Notes under the pieces: generated by a model
The model's database searches: none
What the model saw: only the letters and a program-made list of their open reading frames with translations
Told to the model about the DNA's origin: nothing
Position numbers and translations under genes: made by a program
Shown: positions 49,282 through 58,925 of the stretch, in pieces
Layout of the letters: every line of letters begins with the position of its first letter
Numbering within the stretch: the stretch's first letter is position 1
Source: an uncultured bacterium
Lineage (GTDB): Bacteria; Patescibacteriota; Minisyncoccia; Phycocordibacterales; CAIZLB01
Reading direction: 5' to 3'
DNA: 64,000 nucleotides
NCBI GenBank assembly: GCA_903821355.1
Contig: CAIJKW010000030.1
Location: 27,897-91,896, forward strand

Positions 49282-49497
49282 ATAAGTGTCAGAGTAAAGG
49301 TCCTTGACAATCCACCACCCAGTAGGCGATTGTGCTCAATCGCCCCTCCCGGGAAGGTCAGATTGCAAGGGCCTTTCTCTATTCCCAATATTCCAAAATT
49401 TAAATCCGATTTTCTCAGGGGGGATGAGTTAGCAATGAGCTGACAGTCTGCGTCTAGTCAACGCATACCTAAGGTCCCCCTTAATTTACAAACCCAT

Positions 49498-49719
49498 ATG
49501 TTTAAAGCAATAGGTTTGGTTGTCCTGCTCATTGCGATTAAGATGTTGATGCCTGACATGTTTGGTTCGATGAATCAGGCTGGCACAAAGTTCTTTAATG
49601 CGATTGGTCGCACTGCGGATGTGGTTGATCCGGCAAACTTCAAGCTTTCTGGATTAGCAAATCCAGCCGGAGTAAATTATATTCCAAAGCCGGCACCATT
49701 CGTAAATAGCTTTCAATAG
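49498..49719 (+). CDS. Small hypothetical membrane/secreted protein
   Basis: 73 aa, hydrophobic N-terminus, long structured 5' leader, terminator at ~49786-49808. Confidence 0.65.
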   Translation: MFKAIGLVVLLIAIKMLMPDMFGSMNQAGTKFFNAIGRTADVVDPANFKLSGLANPAGVNYIPKPAPFVNSFQ

Positions 49720-49864
49720 CTAAAGCCAATTTTCATAACAGGCTGAATAAGCCAAAATAAAACCTTATTGCACAGTGCATTAAGTGCCGCTCCATTGGGG
49801 CGGTTTTTGATTGTGAATATATTTCAATAGCCAAATCGGCAAAAATATTGTATGCTACTTCAAT

Positions 49865-50677
49865 ATGTCAATAATCTTTATTAGTATTCTTGCCTGTGCT
49901 TTCACCTTTCTTGGTGGTTTTTTTGCCTTGAAATATAAGGATAAATTACATCTTATAATAGGCTTTAGCGCCGGCGCCATCTTGGGCGTTGCTTTTTTTG
50001 ATTTAATACCAGAGGCTATTGATTTGGCGGGCGATTCTTTCGAAACAAAATCAATTGTCTCAGTTGTTGCTTTTGGTTTTCTATTATATATGCTCGCAGA
50101 TAGATTTATTATTTCTCATCATCACAAAAGCGGAGAGTATTGTGAATGTGAAAATGACGAGGATGATCACGCGCACGATCATGACGATCATGACGATCAT
50201 GGTCACGAACACAACGAGCCAGAGCAAGATGAAAATCAAAGACGCAAAGGCATGCTTGGTGCGGCCAGCCTTTCAGTCCACAGTTTTCTAGATGGACTTT
50301 CAATTGGAATCGCATTTCAAGTGTCGTCTGCCGTGGGAATAATTGTTGCCGTTGCAGTTTTGATTCACGATTTTGCAGACGGTCTCAACACCGTTAACAT
50401 GATTCTAAAAAATAACGGAGAAAGAAAACAAGCTCTGAAATGGCTGGCTGTTGATGCCCTTGCTCCGGTTTTGGGAGTTATCTCAACTTTATTTTTTACG
50501 ATTCCAAAAACGGCGCTCGGATTGATTCTAGCAATGTTTGCTGGATTCTTTATCTACATTGCATCAAGTAACATGATTCCAGAGAGTCACCACGCCCATT
50601 CCACAAAATGGACAACCATAATGACAATTCTAGGAGCCTTTGTTTTATACGTTGCAATAACTTTGGCTGGCATCTAG
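49865..50677 (+). CDS. ZIP-family divalent metal transporter
   Basis: DLIPEA, His/Asp-rich loop, HSFLDG, HDFADG, MIPESHH. Confidence 0.93.
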   Translation: MSIIFISILACAFTFLGGFFALKYKDKLHLIIGFSAGAILGVAFFDLIPEAIDLAGDSFETKSIVSVVAFGFLLYMLADRFIISHHHKSGEYCECENDEDDHAHDHDDHDDHGHEHNEPEQDENQRRKGMLGAASLSVHSFLDGLSIGIAFQVSSAVGIIVAVAVLIHDFADGLNTVNMILKNNGERKQALKWLAVDALAPVLGVISTLFFTIPKTALGLILAMFAGFFIYIASSNMIPESHHAHSTKWTTIMTILGAFVLYVAITLAGI

Positions 50678-50742
50678 GTTTTTAAGGCAAAGCCCGTACG
50701 TAAATTCAAAAATGTTGTAGTAAATTTATCGATAAAATATAA

Positions 50743-52020
50743 ATGAAAAAAAATTTCTCTTTTAAAATTGAAAAGGAATTGGAACAAGGCACCATGGCGC
50801 GTGCTGGTGTTTTAAGTACGCCTCATGGAGAAATTAAAACTCCGGCGTTTGTTACAGTTGGAACAAAAGCTACAGTAAAAGCGGTTCCACCTGAGATGCT
50901 AAAAGATTTGGGTGCACAGGTTGTGCTTGCAAATACATATCACTTATATTTACAACCTGGAGAGGAAACAATAAAAAATCACGGAGGAATTCATAAATTT
51001 ATGAACTGGAGTGGTCCAACGATGACAGACTCGGGAGGCTTTCAAGTTTTTTCACTAGGTAGCGCATTTGGAAAGGGGATTTCAAAGTTGATAAAAGGCA
51101 GAAACGCTAACAAAAATTTTGGATCAGATTTTGAGAATGAAATTCCACTTCCACAACAAACTGAGCTTTCTAAAACTGAGGCGGAGGAGCAAGCAATGAA
51201 GGTTGCAAAAATTGATGCACAAGGCGTGATGTTTCGCTCAATCATAGATGGAAGTGCACATTATTTTACGCCAGAGAAATCTATTCAAATTCAGAACGAT
51301 ATTGGTGCGGATATTATTTTTGCTTTCGATGAATGCACTTCTCCCCACGAGTCTCTTCATTATCAAGCGGAAGCATTGGATAGAACTCATAGATGGGCAA
51401 AGCAGTGCTTGGGCTATCACTTGCAAAGCGGACATGCGGAGGATCAGGCGCTTTTTGCAGTTGTACAAGGAGGAAGGCATGAAGGATTGCGTCGTGAAAG
51501 TGCCAAGGCGCTTGCGGAAATGAATGTCGATGGAGAGCATTTTGACGGCTATGGAATTGGCGGTTCATTTGAAAAGGAAGATATGGGCGAAGCGGTTTTG
51601 TGGTGCAATAGTGAACTACCAAAAGATAAACCAAGACACTTGCTTGGAATTGGTGAACCTGAGGATTTGTTTGATGCGGTAGAGAATGGTTGCGATTTAT
51701 TTGATTGCGTGATGCCAACAAGAAATGCAAGGAATGGCGGAATTTTAACTCGTGCTGGAAAAATAAATATTTTAAATACGGAGTATAGGGAAGACCTTCG
51801 TCCAGTTGAAGAGGGTTGCGGTTGTTATACTTGTAAAAATTATACGAGAAGTTATGTTGCACATTTGTTCCGCGCAAAGGAAATGTTAGCAGGGACACTT
51901 GCGAGCGTTCACAATTTATACTTTTTAATACATTTGGTAGACGAGATGCGTTTGGCAATTTTGGACGGGACTTTTGTGGAACTTAAGAGTGATTTTTTGA
52001 AAAAATGGAGGGGTTTTTAG
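50743..52020 (+). CDS. tgt: tRNA-guanine transglycosylase
   Basis: ANTYHL, TDSGGFQVFSL, AFDEC, VQGG, RHLLGIG, FDCVMPTRNAR, CGCYTC..HN zinc site. Confidence 0.97.
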   Translation: MKKNFSFKIEKELEQGTMARAGVLSTPHGEIKTPAFVTVGTKATVKAVPPEMLKDLGAQVVLANTYHLYLQPGEETIKNHGGIHKFMNWSGPTMTDSGGFQVFSLGSAFGKGISKLIKGRNANKNFGSDFENEIPLPQQTELSKTEAEEQAMKVAKIDAQGVMFRSIIDGSAHYFTPEKSIQIQNDIGADIIFAFDECTSPHESLHYQAEALDRTHRWAKQCLGYHLQSGHAEDQALFAVVQGGRHEGLRRESAKALAEMNVDGEHFDGYGIGGSFEKEDMGEAVLWCNSELPKDKPRHLLGIGEPEDLFDAVENGCDLFDCVMPTRNARNGGILTRAGKINILNTEYREDLRPVEEGCGCYTCKNYTRSYVAHLFRAKEMLAGTLASVHNLYFLIHLVDEMRLAILDGTFVELKSDFLKKWRGF

Positions 52021-52034
52021 GTGCGTGCGGGGTC

Positions 52035-52062
52035 TTGACAGACTTGAATAGTATGCTATCCT
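52035..52062 (+). promoter_or_regulatory. Sigma70 promoter of the candidate ncRNA
   Basis: TTGACA (52035-52040), extended -10 TGcTATCCT (52054-52062). Confidence 0.7.
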
Positions 52063-52067
52063 ATTCA

Positions 52068-52614
52068 GGTCGACGCAGTTAAGTCTGCTTCCGCCACGGT
52101 ACCGCCGACGCCCCATTATGTGTCACCCAGGTTGGGTTACCTTGAGGGCGGTGCGCCCTTTACCCGCGGATTGACCGACATAAAATAGAGACTTTCCAAA
52201 TTGCTTCTATCGGGCGCAGGCTTGATTTGAAGGGGTTTAGGAAAATCCTCGTTTATATCCCGCTGCAGAATGGGTTCGCCTGCAGGAAACGGAAGAGTGA
52301 AGCGAAACCTAGCCGATGGGGGAATGCATGATGAAAGCAGGTGAAATCTGCGATGCGGGACATCCCCGCTATATCTAGTTCAGTGCGATGTTGCTTCTGA
52401 GACCAGAACATCGTTTACCCACTGGGACACCGATAACAGCTAAAGTATCGGAGAAAGGCTCCCTGTGTATGCAATAGCAGGAACTCCACCGCTAACCTAG
52501 AATGCGGAAAGGAGAGAGGTTTTGCCGAGATCACGGTATTACTTTGATAAAATATTGCAATTGGTCCACCCCTATGTGGGTGATCCTCCGGTTCGCTACG
52601 TGCGGCCGGGGGAT
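52068..52614 (+). ncRNA. Candidate large structured non-coding RNA (~550 nt), family unassigned
   Basis: About half G+C in an AT-rich genome, no credible ORF, many nested helices, own promoter and terminator. Confidence 0.7.
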
Positions 52615-52624
52615 TTTTGTTTTT
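52583..52624 (+). terminator. Intrinsic terminator
   Basis: atcctccggt..gccgggggat followed by ttttgttttt. Confidence 0.8.
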
Positions 52625-52657
52625 GTATTTTGAACCTCTAAATGCTATCATCAATAC

Positions 52658-54904
52658 ATGAAATTATCGGAAAAATCTAACCCGGCGGACAAAAAATCTA
52701 GTGGAAAGTCCAAAAAGGAGTCTGGTCTAAAAAACACCGGCGTTTTTGACTTGTCTACAGAATACACTCCTGCTGGTGATCAGCCACAGGCTATTTCAAA
52801 GTTGCTTACTGGGCTGGAAAAAGGCCTAAGATACCAAACACTTTTTGGTGTTACAGGATCTGGAAAGACATACACGATGGCAAATGTCATTGCAAAAGTT
52901 GGAAAGCCAACGCTTGTGATTGCACACAACAAAACCTTGGCAGCACAGCTTGCGCAGGAGTATAGAGAATTTTTTCCAAATAACGCGGTGCATTACTTCG
53001 TATCATATTATGATTACTATCAACCGGAGGCATACATTTCTTCATCGGATACATATATAGAAAAAGAGGCGCAAATAAATGAGGAAATTGAGCGTCTTCG
53101 TCATGCTTCAACTCAGGCGCTTTTGACACGCAAGGATGTAATTATTGTTGCATCAGTTTCTTGTATTTATGGATTGGGTTCGCCAAAAGAATATGAGAAA
53201 GTAAATTTTAAAATTGAAAAAGGGATGAAAGCGGACAGGTCAGAATTTGTTAGACGTCTTGTCGGAATGTATTTTGAAAGAACAAATGCGGATTTAAATC
53301 CGGGAAATTTTAGAGCGGTTGGTAATTCAATTGAAATAATGCCGGTGAGTGAGCGAGTGGTTTATAGATTAAAGATCGATGGAGCTGGTGGGGATGAAAC
53401 TGTTTCTGAAATTACAGTTATTGATGCTATTACAAGAAATATTATAGAAGAAACAAACGCATTATTTTTGTTCCCCGCAAAGCACTTCGTTACACCGGAA
53501 AATGAAAGAGCTCGTGCGGTGAAAGATATCAAGGCTGAGCTTGATGCACGTCTGAAAGTTTTGGATGCGGAGGGAAAAATTATTGAAGCGGAGAGATTGC
53601 GCAGGAGAACCACATATGACTTGGCGCTTATCAAAGAAGTTGGATATTGTAACGGAATTGAAAACTATTCCCGTCATTTTTCTGGAATGGCACCAGGGGA
53701 GGCACCTGATACTTTGCTTTCATATTTTCCACACAAGGAAGATGGTAGCCCTGATTTTTTGACAGTGATTGATGAATCGCACGTCGCTGTTCCACAGCTT
53801 AATGGAATGTACGCAGGGGATGCATCGAGAAAAAAGAATTTAATTGATTATGGTTTTAGGCTTCCTTCAGCGGCGGACAATAGGCCTTTAAAGTTTAACG
53901 AATTTGAACAGCGCGTCGGTCAAGTCGTCTTTACCACGGCGACTCCTGGAAAATTTGAGTTTGAAAATAGTAAGCAGATTGTCGAGCAAATTATTAGACC
54001 AACTGGTTTGATTGATCCTGTTCTAGTAGTGAAGCCTGTGACGGCTGTTGCCAAAGTAAAAGCTGGCAAGGGCATGGTCGGCAAAAAAGAGGGCGCCAGC
54101 AATGGCAGTAAAGACAGCGATGGAAACACCGGCCAAATTTTTGATTTCATAGAAGAAGCAAAAAAAGTTATTAAGAAAAATCAACGCGCTATTGCTACAA
54201 CTCTGACTAAAAAAATGGCAGAGGATTTAACAGAATATTTGAAAGAGCAGGGAATTAAGACAAATTATATTCACAGTGACATTCAAACACTAGAGCGTAT
54301 TCAAATTTTGACGGATTTTCGTCGAGGAGTTTTTGATATTCTAGTTGGTGTCAACTTACTTCGTGAAGGCTTGGACTTGCCAGAAGTTTCTCTGATTGGA
54401 ATTTTGGATGCGGACAAGGAAGGATTTCTAAGATCTGAATCTGCATTGATCCAAACAATTGGCCGTGCCGCTAGAAACGTTGATGGTAAAGTTATTTTAT
54501 ACGCTGACCATATGACAGGCTCACTTGAGCGAGCGATGAGAGAGACGGAAAGAAGGCGCGTCTTGCAACTCGCATATAATAAAGAACACGGAATCACTCC
54601 TCAAACTATTATAAAAAGAATTAACGATATTACTGACCACATAAAGAGTGAACACCAAAAAACTGTCGGCAAATTGATTTTGCTTGATGAGTTAGAATTT
54701 GCAAAAAATCCAGATAAGCTAATCAAGTCTAAAGAAAAACAGATGGAAGAGGCCGTGAAGATTTTGGATTTTGAAACTGCTGCAATTTTGCGCGATGAGA
54801 TAAAGGAGTTATCAGAGCGAACACTGAAGAAGTTGAAGAAAGAAGCCAAGGAGAAGCGCGATGTGAATAAGGGTTCAAGAGCGAGGAAACAGATGTTGGA
54901 GTAG
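52658..54904 (+). CDS. uvrB: Excinuclease ABC subunit B
   Basis: PAGDQP, GVTGSGKT, FVSYYDYYQPEAY, DESH, NLLREGLDLPEV, C-terminal UVR motif. Confidence 0.97.
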   Translation: MKLSEKSNPADKKSSGKSKKESGLKNTGVFDLSTEYTPAGDQPQAISKLLTGLEKGLRYQTLFGVTGSGKTYTMANVIAKVGKPTLVIAHNKTLAAQLAQEYREFFPNNAVHYFVSYYDYYQPEAYISSSDTYIEKEAQINEEIERLRHASTQALLTRKDVIIVASVSCIYGLGSPKEYEKVNFKIEKGMKADRSEFVRRLVGMYFERTNADLNPGNFRAVGNSIEIMPVSERVVYRLKIDGAGGDETVSEITVIDAITRNIIEETNALFLFPAKHFVTPENERARAVKDIKAELDARLKVLDAEGKIIEAERLRRRTTYDLALIKEVGYCNGIENYSRHFSGMAPGEAPDTLLSYFPHKEDGSPDFLTVIDESHVAVPQLNGMYAGDASRKKNLIDYGFRLPSAADNRPLKFNEFEQRVGQVVFTTATPGKFEFENSKQIVEQIIRPTGLIDPVLVVKPVTAVAKVKAGKGMVGKKEGASNGSKDSDGNTGQIFDFIEEAKKVIKKNQRAIATTLTKKMAEDLTEYLKEQGIKTNYIHSDIQTLERIQILTDFRRGVFDILVGVNLLREGLDLPEVSLIGILDADKEGFLRSESALIQTIGRAARNVDGKVILYADHMTGSLERAMRETERRRVLQLAYNKEHGITPQTIIKRINDITDHIKSEHQKTVGKLILLDELEFAKNPDKLIKSKEKQMEEAVKILDFETAAILRDEIKELSERTLKKLKKEAKEKRDVNKGSRARKQMLE

Positions 54905-55059
54905 TCGTAGACTATTCCAATAGTCGGCTGAGACTGTTTGAATAACTTTTGTTGAGTAATTAACCTTTGTGTGCTATTTTGTCTTGGTCTTGTCCGAGTG
55001 GACAGTGGACAATTTGATCTTTACATTGTTGTTAAAATTCGAACCCCCAAATTGAAGTC

Positions 55060-55758
55060 ATGGATAATTACAAGAGATTGAGAACGGCCTTTGCCATTGT
55101 TGGTGCACCTTCGTGCGCAAAAGGAACATGCGTTAAGTATGTTTTTGAAGACTTCTGCAAAAAAGCTGGCATCACGATGATCGACATTTCGGTTGGCCAG
55201 CTATTGAAGCGACACGTCAGCGAGATGAAGGACAGAAGACTTGCTGCGCAAATCTTGGACGATATGAATTCTGGACGCTTGGTATCTGACAGCGTTGTCA
55301 ACGCTGTCTTTGCTGACGCGATGGAAGATGCCGCCTCTCTGTATGGCGACACAGACGACCCGTTGATGATCGTCCTCGATGGTGTTCCAAAGACGGCTGG
55401 CCAAATCAAGCCTTCCGTCTCCTCTGTGACAGACAAGTTCAATGTTCCGGTGTCGGAATTCAACATCGTTCACATTTCCACCCCTCCGCATATCTGTGCT
55501 TACCGCATGGGGATTCAAGGGAGGAGAGACGGTATTGTGGAAGCCATTGTCGCCACTCGTTTCAAGGAATATTTCGAGAAGATTCTTCCGGCAATCAAGT
55601 TGCTGAAGGATTTTACCGACAACTCCGAATCCGAGTTCTATGAAATCAACGGTCAGTTCATGATTGATGAAGCCTACAGTTACCAGAAAAAACTCTTCAG
55701 TCACTTGTGGCCAGAGTACTTTCCGGGAATGGTTCGGCGGATTCCAATCACTGCCTGA
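55060..55758 (+). CDS. Divergent adenylate/nucleoside-monophosphate kinase-like protein
   Basis: GAPSCAKGT P-loop, ISVGQLL, GRLVSD, LDGVPKT. Confidence 0.75.
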   Translation: MDNYKRLRTAFAIVGAPSCAKGTCVKYVFEDFCKKAGITMIDISVGQLLKRHVSEMKDRRLAAQILDDMNSGRLVSDSVVNAVFADAMEDAASLYGDTDDPLMIVLDGVPKTAGQIKPSVSSVTDKFNVPVSEFNIVHISTPPHICAYRMGIQGRRDGIVEAIVATRFKEYFEKILPAIKLLKDFTDNSESEFYEINGQFMIDEAYSYQKKLFSHLWPEYFPGMVRRIPITA

Positions 55759-55778
55759 TCTTTGTTTGCGATTCTGCA

Positions 55779-55812
55779 GCCGCCGCCCTTCCAGGGCGGC
55801 GGCATTTGCTTT
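55779..55812 (+). terminator. Terminator hairpin
   Basis: gccgccgccct-tcc-agggcggcggc then atttgcttt. Confidence 0.7.
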
Positions 55813-55888
55813 GCCAATAACCCTAAAATGTTCTATACTTACCCTAACGGCCAACACGCCGGTTTTTGTCGTTTCAATATTTTAAAAC

Positions 55889-58816
55889 ATGCCTAAACTA
55901 CCCAAAAAACCTAAAAAAAGCTTGAAAAAGCATATAGAGAGTCTGACTAAAAAGAAGACTGCAGATACGCAGGTTCATAAAGAGTTGCCCGCACATGACA
56001 TAAATCACGGAGCTCTTCATGGAACTTTAAACAATCCTGCTCTCACTGGAGACATAATAAGCATAAGAGGTGCCAGAACTCACAATTTAAAAAACATTAC
56101 CGTTGATATGCCCCGTAATAAAATGGTGGTAATAACGGGATTATCTGGTTCTGGAAAGTCATCGCTCGCATTTGATACAATTTTTGCAGAAGGACAACGC
56201 AGATACATAGAATCACTTTCCTCTTATGCTCGTCAATTTTTGCGTCAATTACAAAAACCAGATGTTGATGAAATTATAGGACTTTCTCCAGCAATTTCCA
56301 TTGATCAAAAATCTCGATCAAATAACCCTCGTTCAACTGTTGCAACTATCACAGAAATTTATGACTATCTCAGAATTCTTTTTGCAAGAATTGGAAAGCC
56401 GCACTGTTTAATTTGCGGAAGAGAAATTAAAAAACTTTCTAAGGAAGAAATTCTTTCAACAATTTTTAACACAGTTACAAATTCGTCAACAACAGACGGC
56501 GCCGGTGCAAACGGATCCGTCGCAGGTACAACGACAAGTAAAGTCATGGGTGTTGATATTGATAAAGCAATGTTCAAAATTTATGCGCCTGTTGTAATTG
56601 GTAGAAAGGGTGAATATTATCAAATGCTTTATGATTTACTCGGCAAAGGTTATGAAGAAGTGCGCGTTGACGGCGCTATCAAAAACCTGCGTAGCCAAAT
56701 TATTCTTTCGAAAACAAAAAAACACAATATTGATGTTTTGGTTGATCAATTTTATATTTCAGAAATAGGAGACAACTCTGCAAGTTTCAGGGAGCGTCTT
56801 AATGAAGCGGTAGAAAAAGCACTGCATGAAGCTGATGGACTAATTAGAATTATTAGTGATGCCGATGAAGCAATTGCAAGTGGTTTTATAAACGTAGACG
56901 GCAAGGTTGTTGGTCCGGATGGCAAGAAAAGAAAAGCAAAACCTAAGGGTGATGCAGCAGAGGCTCAAGTTGGACATCTTATTTCTTCAAAATTTATGTG
57001 TCCACACGATGGATTTTCTTTTCCTGAAGTTGAACCTCGTCTATTTTCTTTCAACTCTCCATATGGAGCGTGTCCTGAATGTAATGGACTTGGAACAAGG
57101 GAGTTTTTTGTAAAAGATCCTTGTAAGGTTTGTCATGGCGCAAGACTCCGACCTGAAGCCCTTCATGTTTTTCTAAAATCGGCTGTGCCAATGCCTTCAA
57201 TAATCGATACGATTGGTGAAATAAAAAGAGGGGATAGTAAGAATATAAATATCGTTGATCTGACAAAGATGACAATTCAAAATTCTATTAAATTCTTTGA
57301 GACGCTACCTTTAACACCAACTGAAGAAGATATTTCAAGAATCGTAATTAAGGAAATTGTTTCAAGATTGCGCTTTATGGAGAATGTTGGAATAGAATAT
57401 CTATCGCTTGATAGACGTGCAAACACTCTCTCGGGAGGTGAAGCACAGCGTATCAGGCTTGCATCACAACTTGGATCAGGTCTTGTTGGTGCTATGTATG
57501 TTTTGGATGAACCAACAATCGGTCTTCATCAGCGTGATAATGACAGATTGATTCACACACTTTTGCAACTGCGTGACATGGGTAACTCTGTGATTGTTGT
57601 TGAACATGATGAAGATACTATTTTTGCAGCAGATTATATTGTCGATATAGGCCCCGGCGCTGGAGTTCATGGTGGACATGTGGTGGCCGCTGGATGGCTT
57701 GATAAACTACTTACCGCAAAGACAAATCAATCAAGCTCTGTTACTCTTGAATATTTAAGAGGAGAAAAAGTTATTGAGTTACCTGAGCGGAGACGTGATG
57801 AAAATAACGGCTGGATAAAAATTGTTGGAGCAACAGTAAATAATCTTAAAAATGTAAATGTGGATGTTCCTCTTGGCAGAATGACATCTGTTACAGGTGT
57901 GTCTGGTTCAGGAAAATCATCTTTTGTTTATGAAGTCTTGCACAAAAACTTGTTAGCCCGCCTTGATCGAGATCACAGAAGTGCAAACATTTATAATTGC
58001 GCAAGTTTTTCTGGAACAGAATATTTGGGAAGAACTGTGCTGATTGACCAATCGCCAATTGGAAGAACTCCAAGATCAAATCCCGCAACATACACTGGTG
58101 CTTTCACGCATATCAGAGATCTCTTTGCAGAGACAATAGAATCACGCGCTCGCGGATGGAAATCAAGTAGATTTAGCTTCAACGTCAAAGGCGGACGATG
58201 CGAGAACTGCCAAGGAAATGGAATGATTGAAGTTGAAATGCATTTCTTGCCAACGGTCTATGTGACATGTGATATCTGTAATGGAAAAAGATTCATGAAA
58301 GAGACTTTGGAAGTTAAATATAAAAATAAAAATATTTACGATGTTTTGAAGATGACGGTTGAAGAAGCTATCACGTTCTTTGAAGAGGTTCCTTCAATTT
58401 ATGATCGTCTAAAGACCTTGCAAGAAGTTGGTCTTGGATATTTGGAACTCGGCCAGTCCGCGACAACACTTTCTGGTGGAGAGGCACAACGTGTAAAAGT
58501 TTCTTCTGAACTTTATAGAGAGCATATTCAAAAAACAATCTATCTTTTGGATGAACCAACAATTGGTCTGCATTATGAAGATGTGCGCAAGTTAATTGAA
58601 ATCCTTAAACGCCTTGTAAGAAAGGGGAATACGGTTGTGATAATCGAACACAATATGGATATTATAAAATGTTCAGATTATATAATTGATATTGGTCCCG
58701 AGGGTGGAGATAAGGGTGGTAAGATTGTAGCTGTTGGAACTCCAGAGGAAGTTGCAAAAAATACTAATAGTTATACGGGGCAGCACTTGAATAAAGTTCT
58801 GAAGAAATGGGACTAG
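55889..58816 (+). CDS. uvrA: Excinuclease ABC subunit A (insertion domain apparently missing)
   Basis: [17 protein letters not shown] and [16 protein letters not shown] twice, CxxC zinc fingers. Confidence 0.97.
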   Translation: MPKLPKKPKKSLKKHIESLTKKKTADTQVHKELPAHDINHGALHGTLNNPALTGDIISIRGARTHNLKNITVDMPRNKMVVITGLSGSGKSSLAFDTIFAEGQRRYIESLSSYARQFLRQLQKPDVDEIIGLSPAISIDQKSRSNNPRSTVATITEIYDYLRILFARIGKPHCLICGREIKKLSKEEILSTIFNTVTNSSTTDGAGANGSVAGTTTSKVMGVDIDKAMFKIYAPVVIGRKGEYYQMLYDLLGKGYEEVRVDGAIKNLRSQIILSKTKKHNIDVLVDQFYISEIGDNSASFRERLNEAVEKALHEADGLIRIISDADEAIASGFINVDGKVVGPDGKKRKAKPKGDAAEAQVGHLISSKFMCPHDGFSFPEVEPRLFSFNSPYGACPECNGLGTREFFVKDPCKVCHGARLRPEALHVFLKSAVPMPSIIDTIGEIKRGDSKNINIVDLTKMTIQNSIKFFETLPLTPTEEDISRIVIKEIVSRLRFMENVGIEYLSLDRRANTLSGGEAQRIRLASQLGSGLVGAMYVLDEPTIGLHQRDNDRLIHTLLQLRDMGNSVIVVEHDEDTIFAADYIVDIGPGAGVHGGHVVAAGWLDKLLTAKTNQSSSVTLEYLRGEKVIELPERRRDENNGWIKIVGATVNNLKNVNVDVPLGRMTSVTGVSGSGKSSFVYEVLHKNLLARLDRDHRSANIYNCASFSGTEYLGRTVLIDQSPIGRTPRSNPATYTGAFTHIRDLFAETIESRARGWKSSRFSFNVKGGRCENCQGNGMIEVEMHFLPTVYVTCDICNGKRFMKETLEVKYKNKNIYDVLKMTVEEAITFFEEVPSIYDRLKTLQEVGLGYLELGQSATTLSGGEAQRVKVSSELYREHIQKTIYLLDEPTIGLHYEDVRKLIEILKRLVRKGNTVVIIEHNMDIIKCSDYIIDIGPEGGDKGGKIVAVGTPEEVAKNTNSYTGQHLNKVLKKWD

Positions 58817-58925
58817 ACGTCAGATACCATACACTAATTTAAAAATATGTTGTAATATTTTGTCAAATGTATTCACCTCACAGTTTTGCTATGCTTTAAA
58901 GGTAATTTTGCAAAAAAGTACTGAA

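Noticed and set aside
50174-50200. 9-bp (g/c)acgatcat tandem repeat as a phase-variation tract
   Set aside because: In-frame; it encodes the ordinary His/Asp-rich loop of a ZIP transporter
52068-52614. RNase P RNA, tmRNA, SRP RNA or self-splicing intron
   Set aside because: No GAGGAAAGTCC / ACAGAAxxCGGC pair, no tRNA-like T-arm with CCA end or tag frame, no SRP helix-8 motif, no recognisable group I P7 or group II domain V; judged by eye, so a divergent member is not excluded
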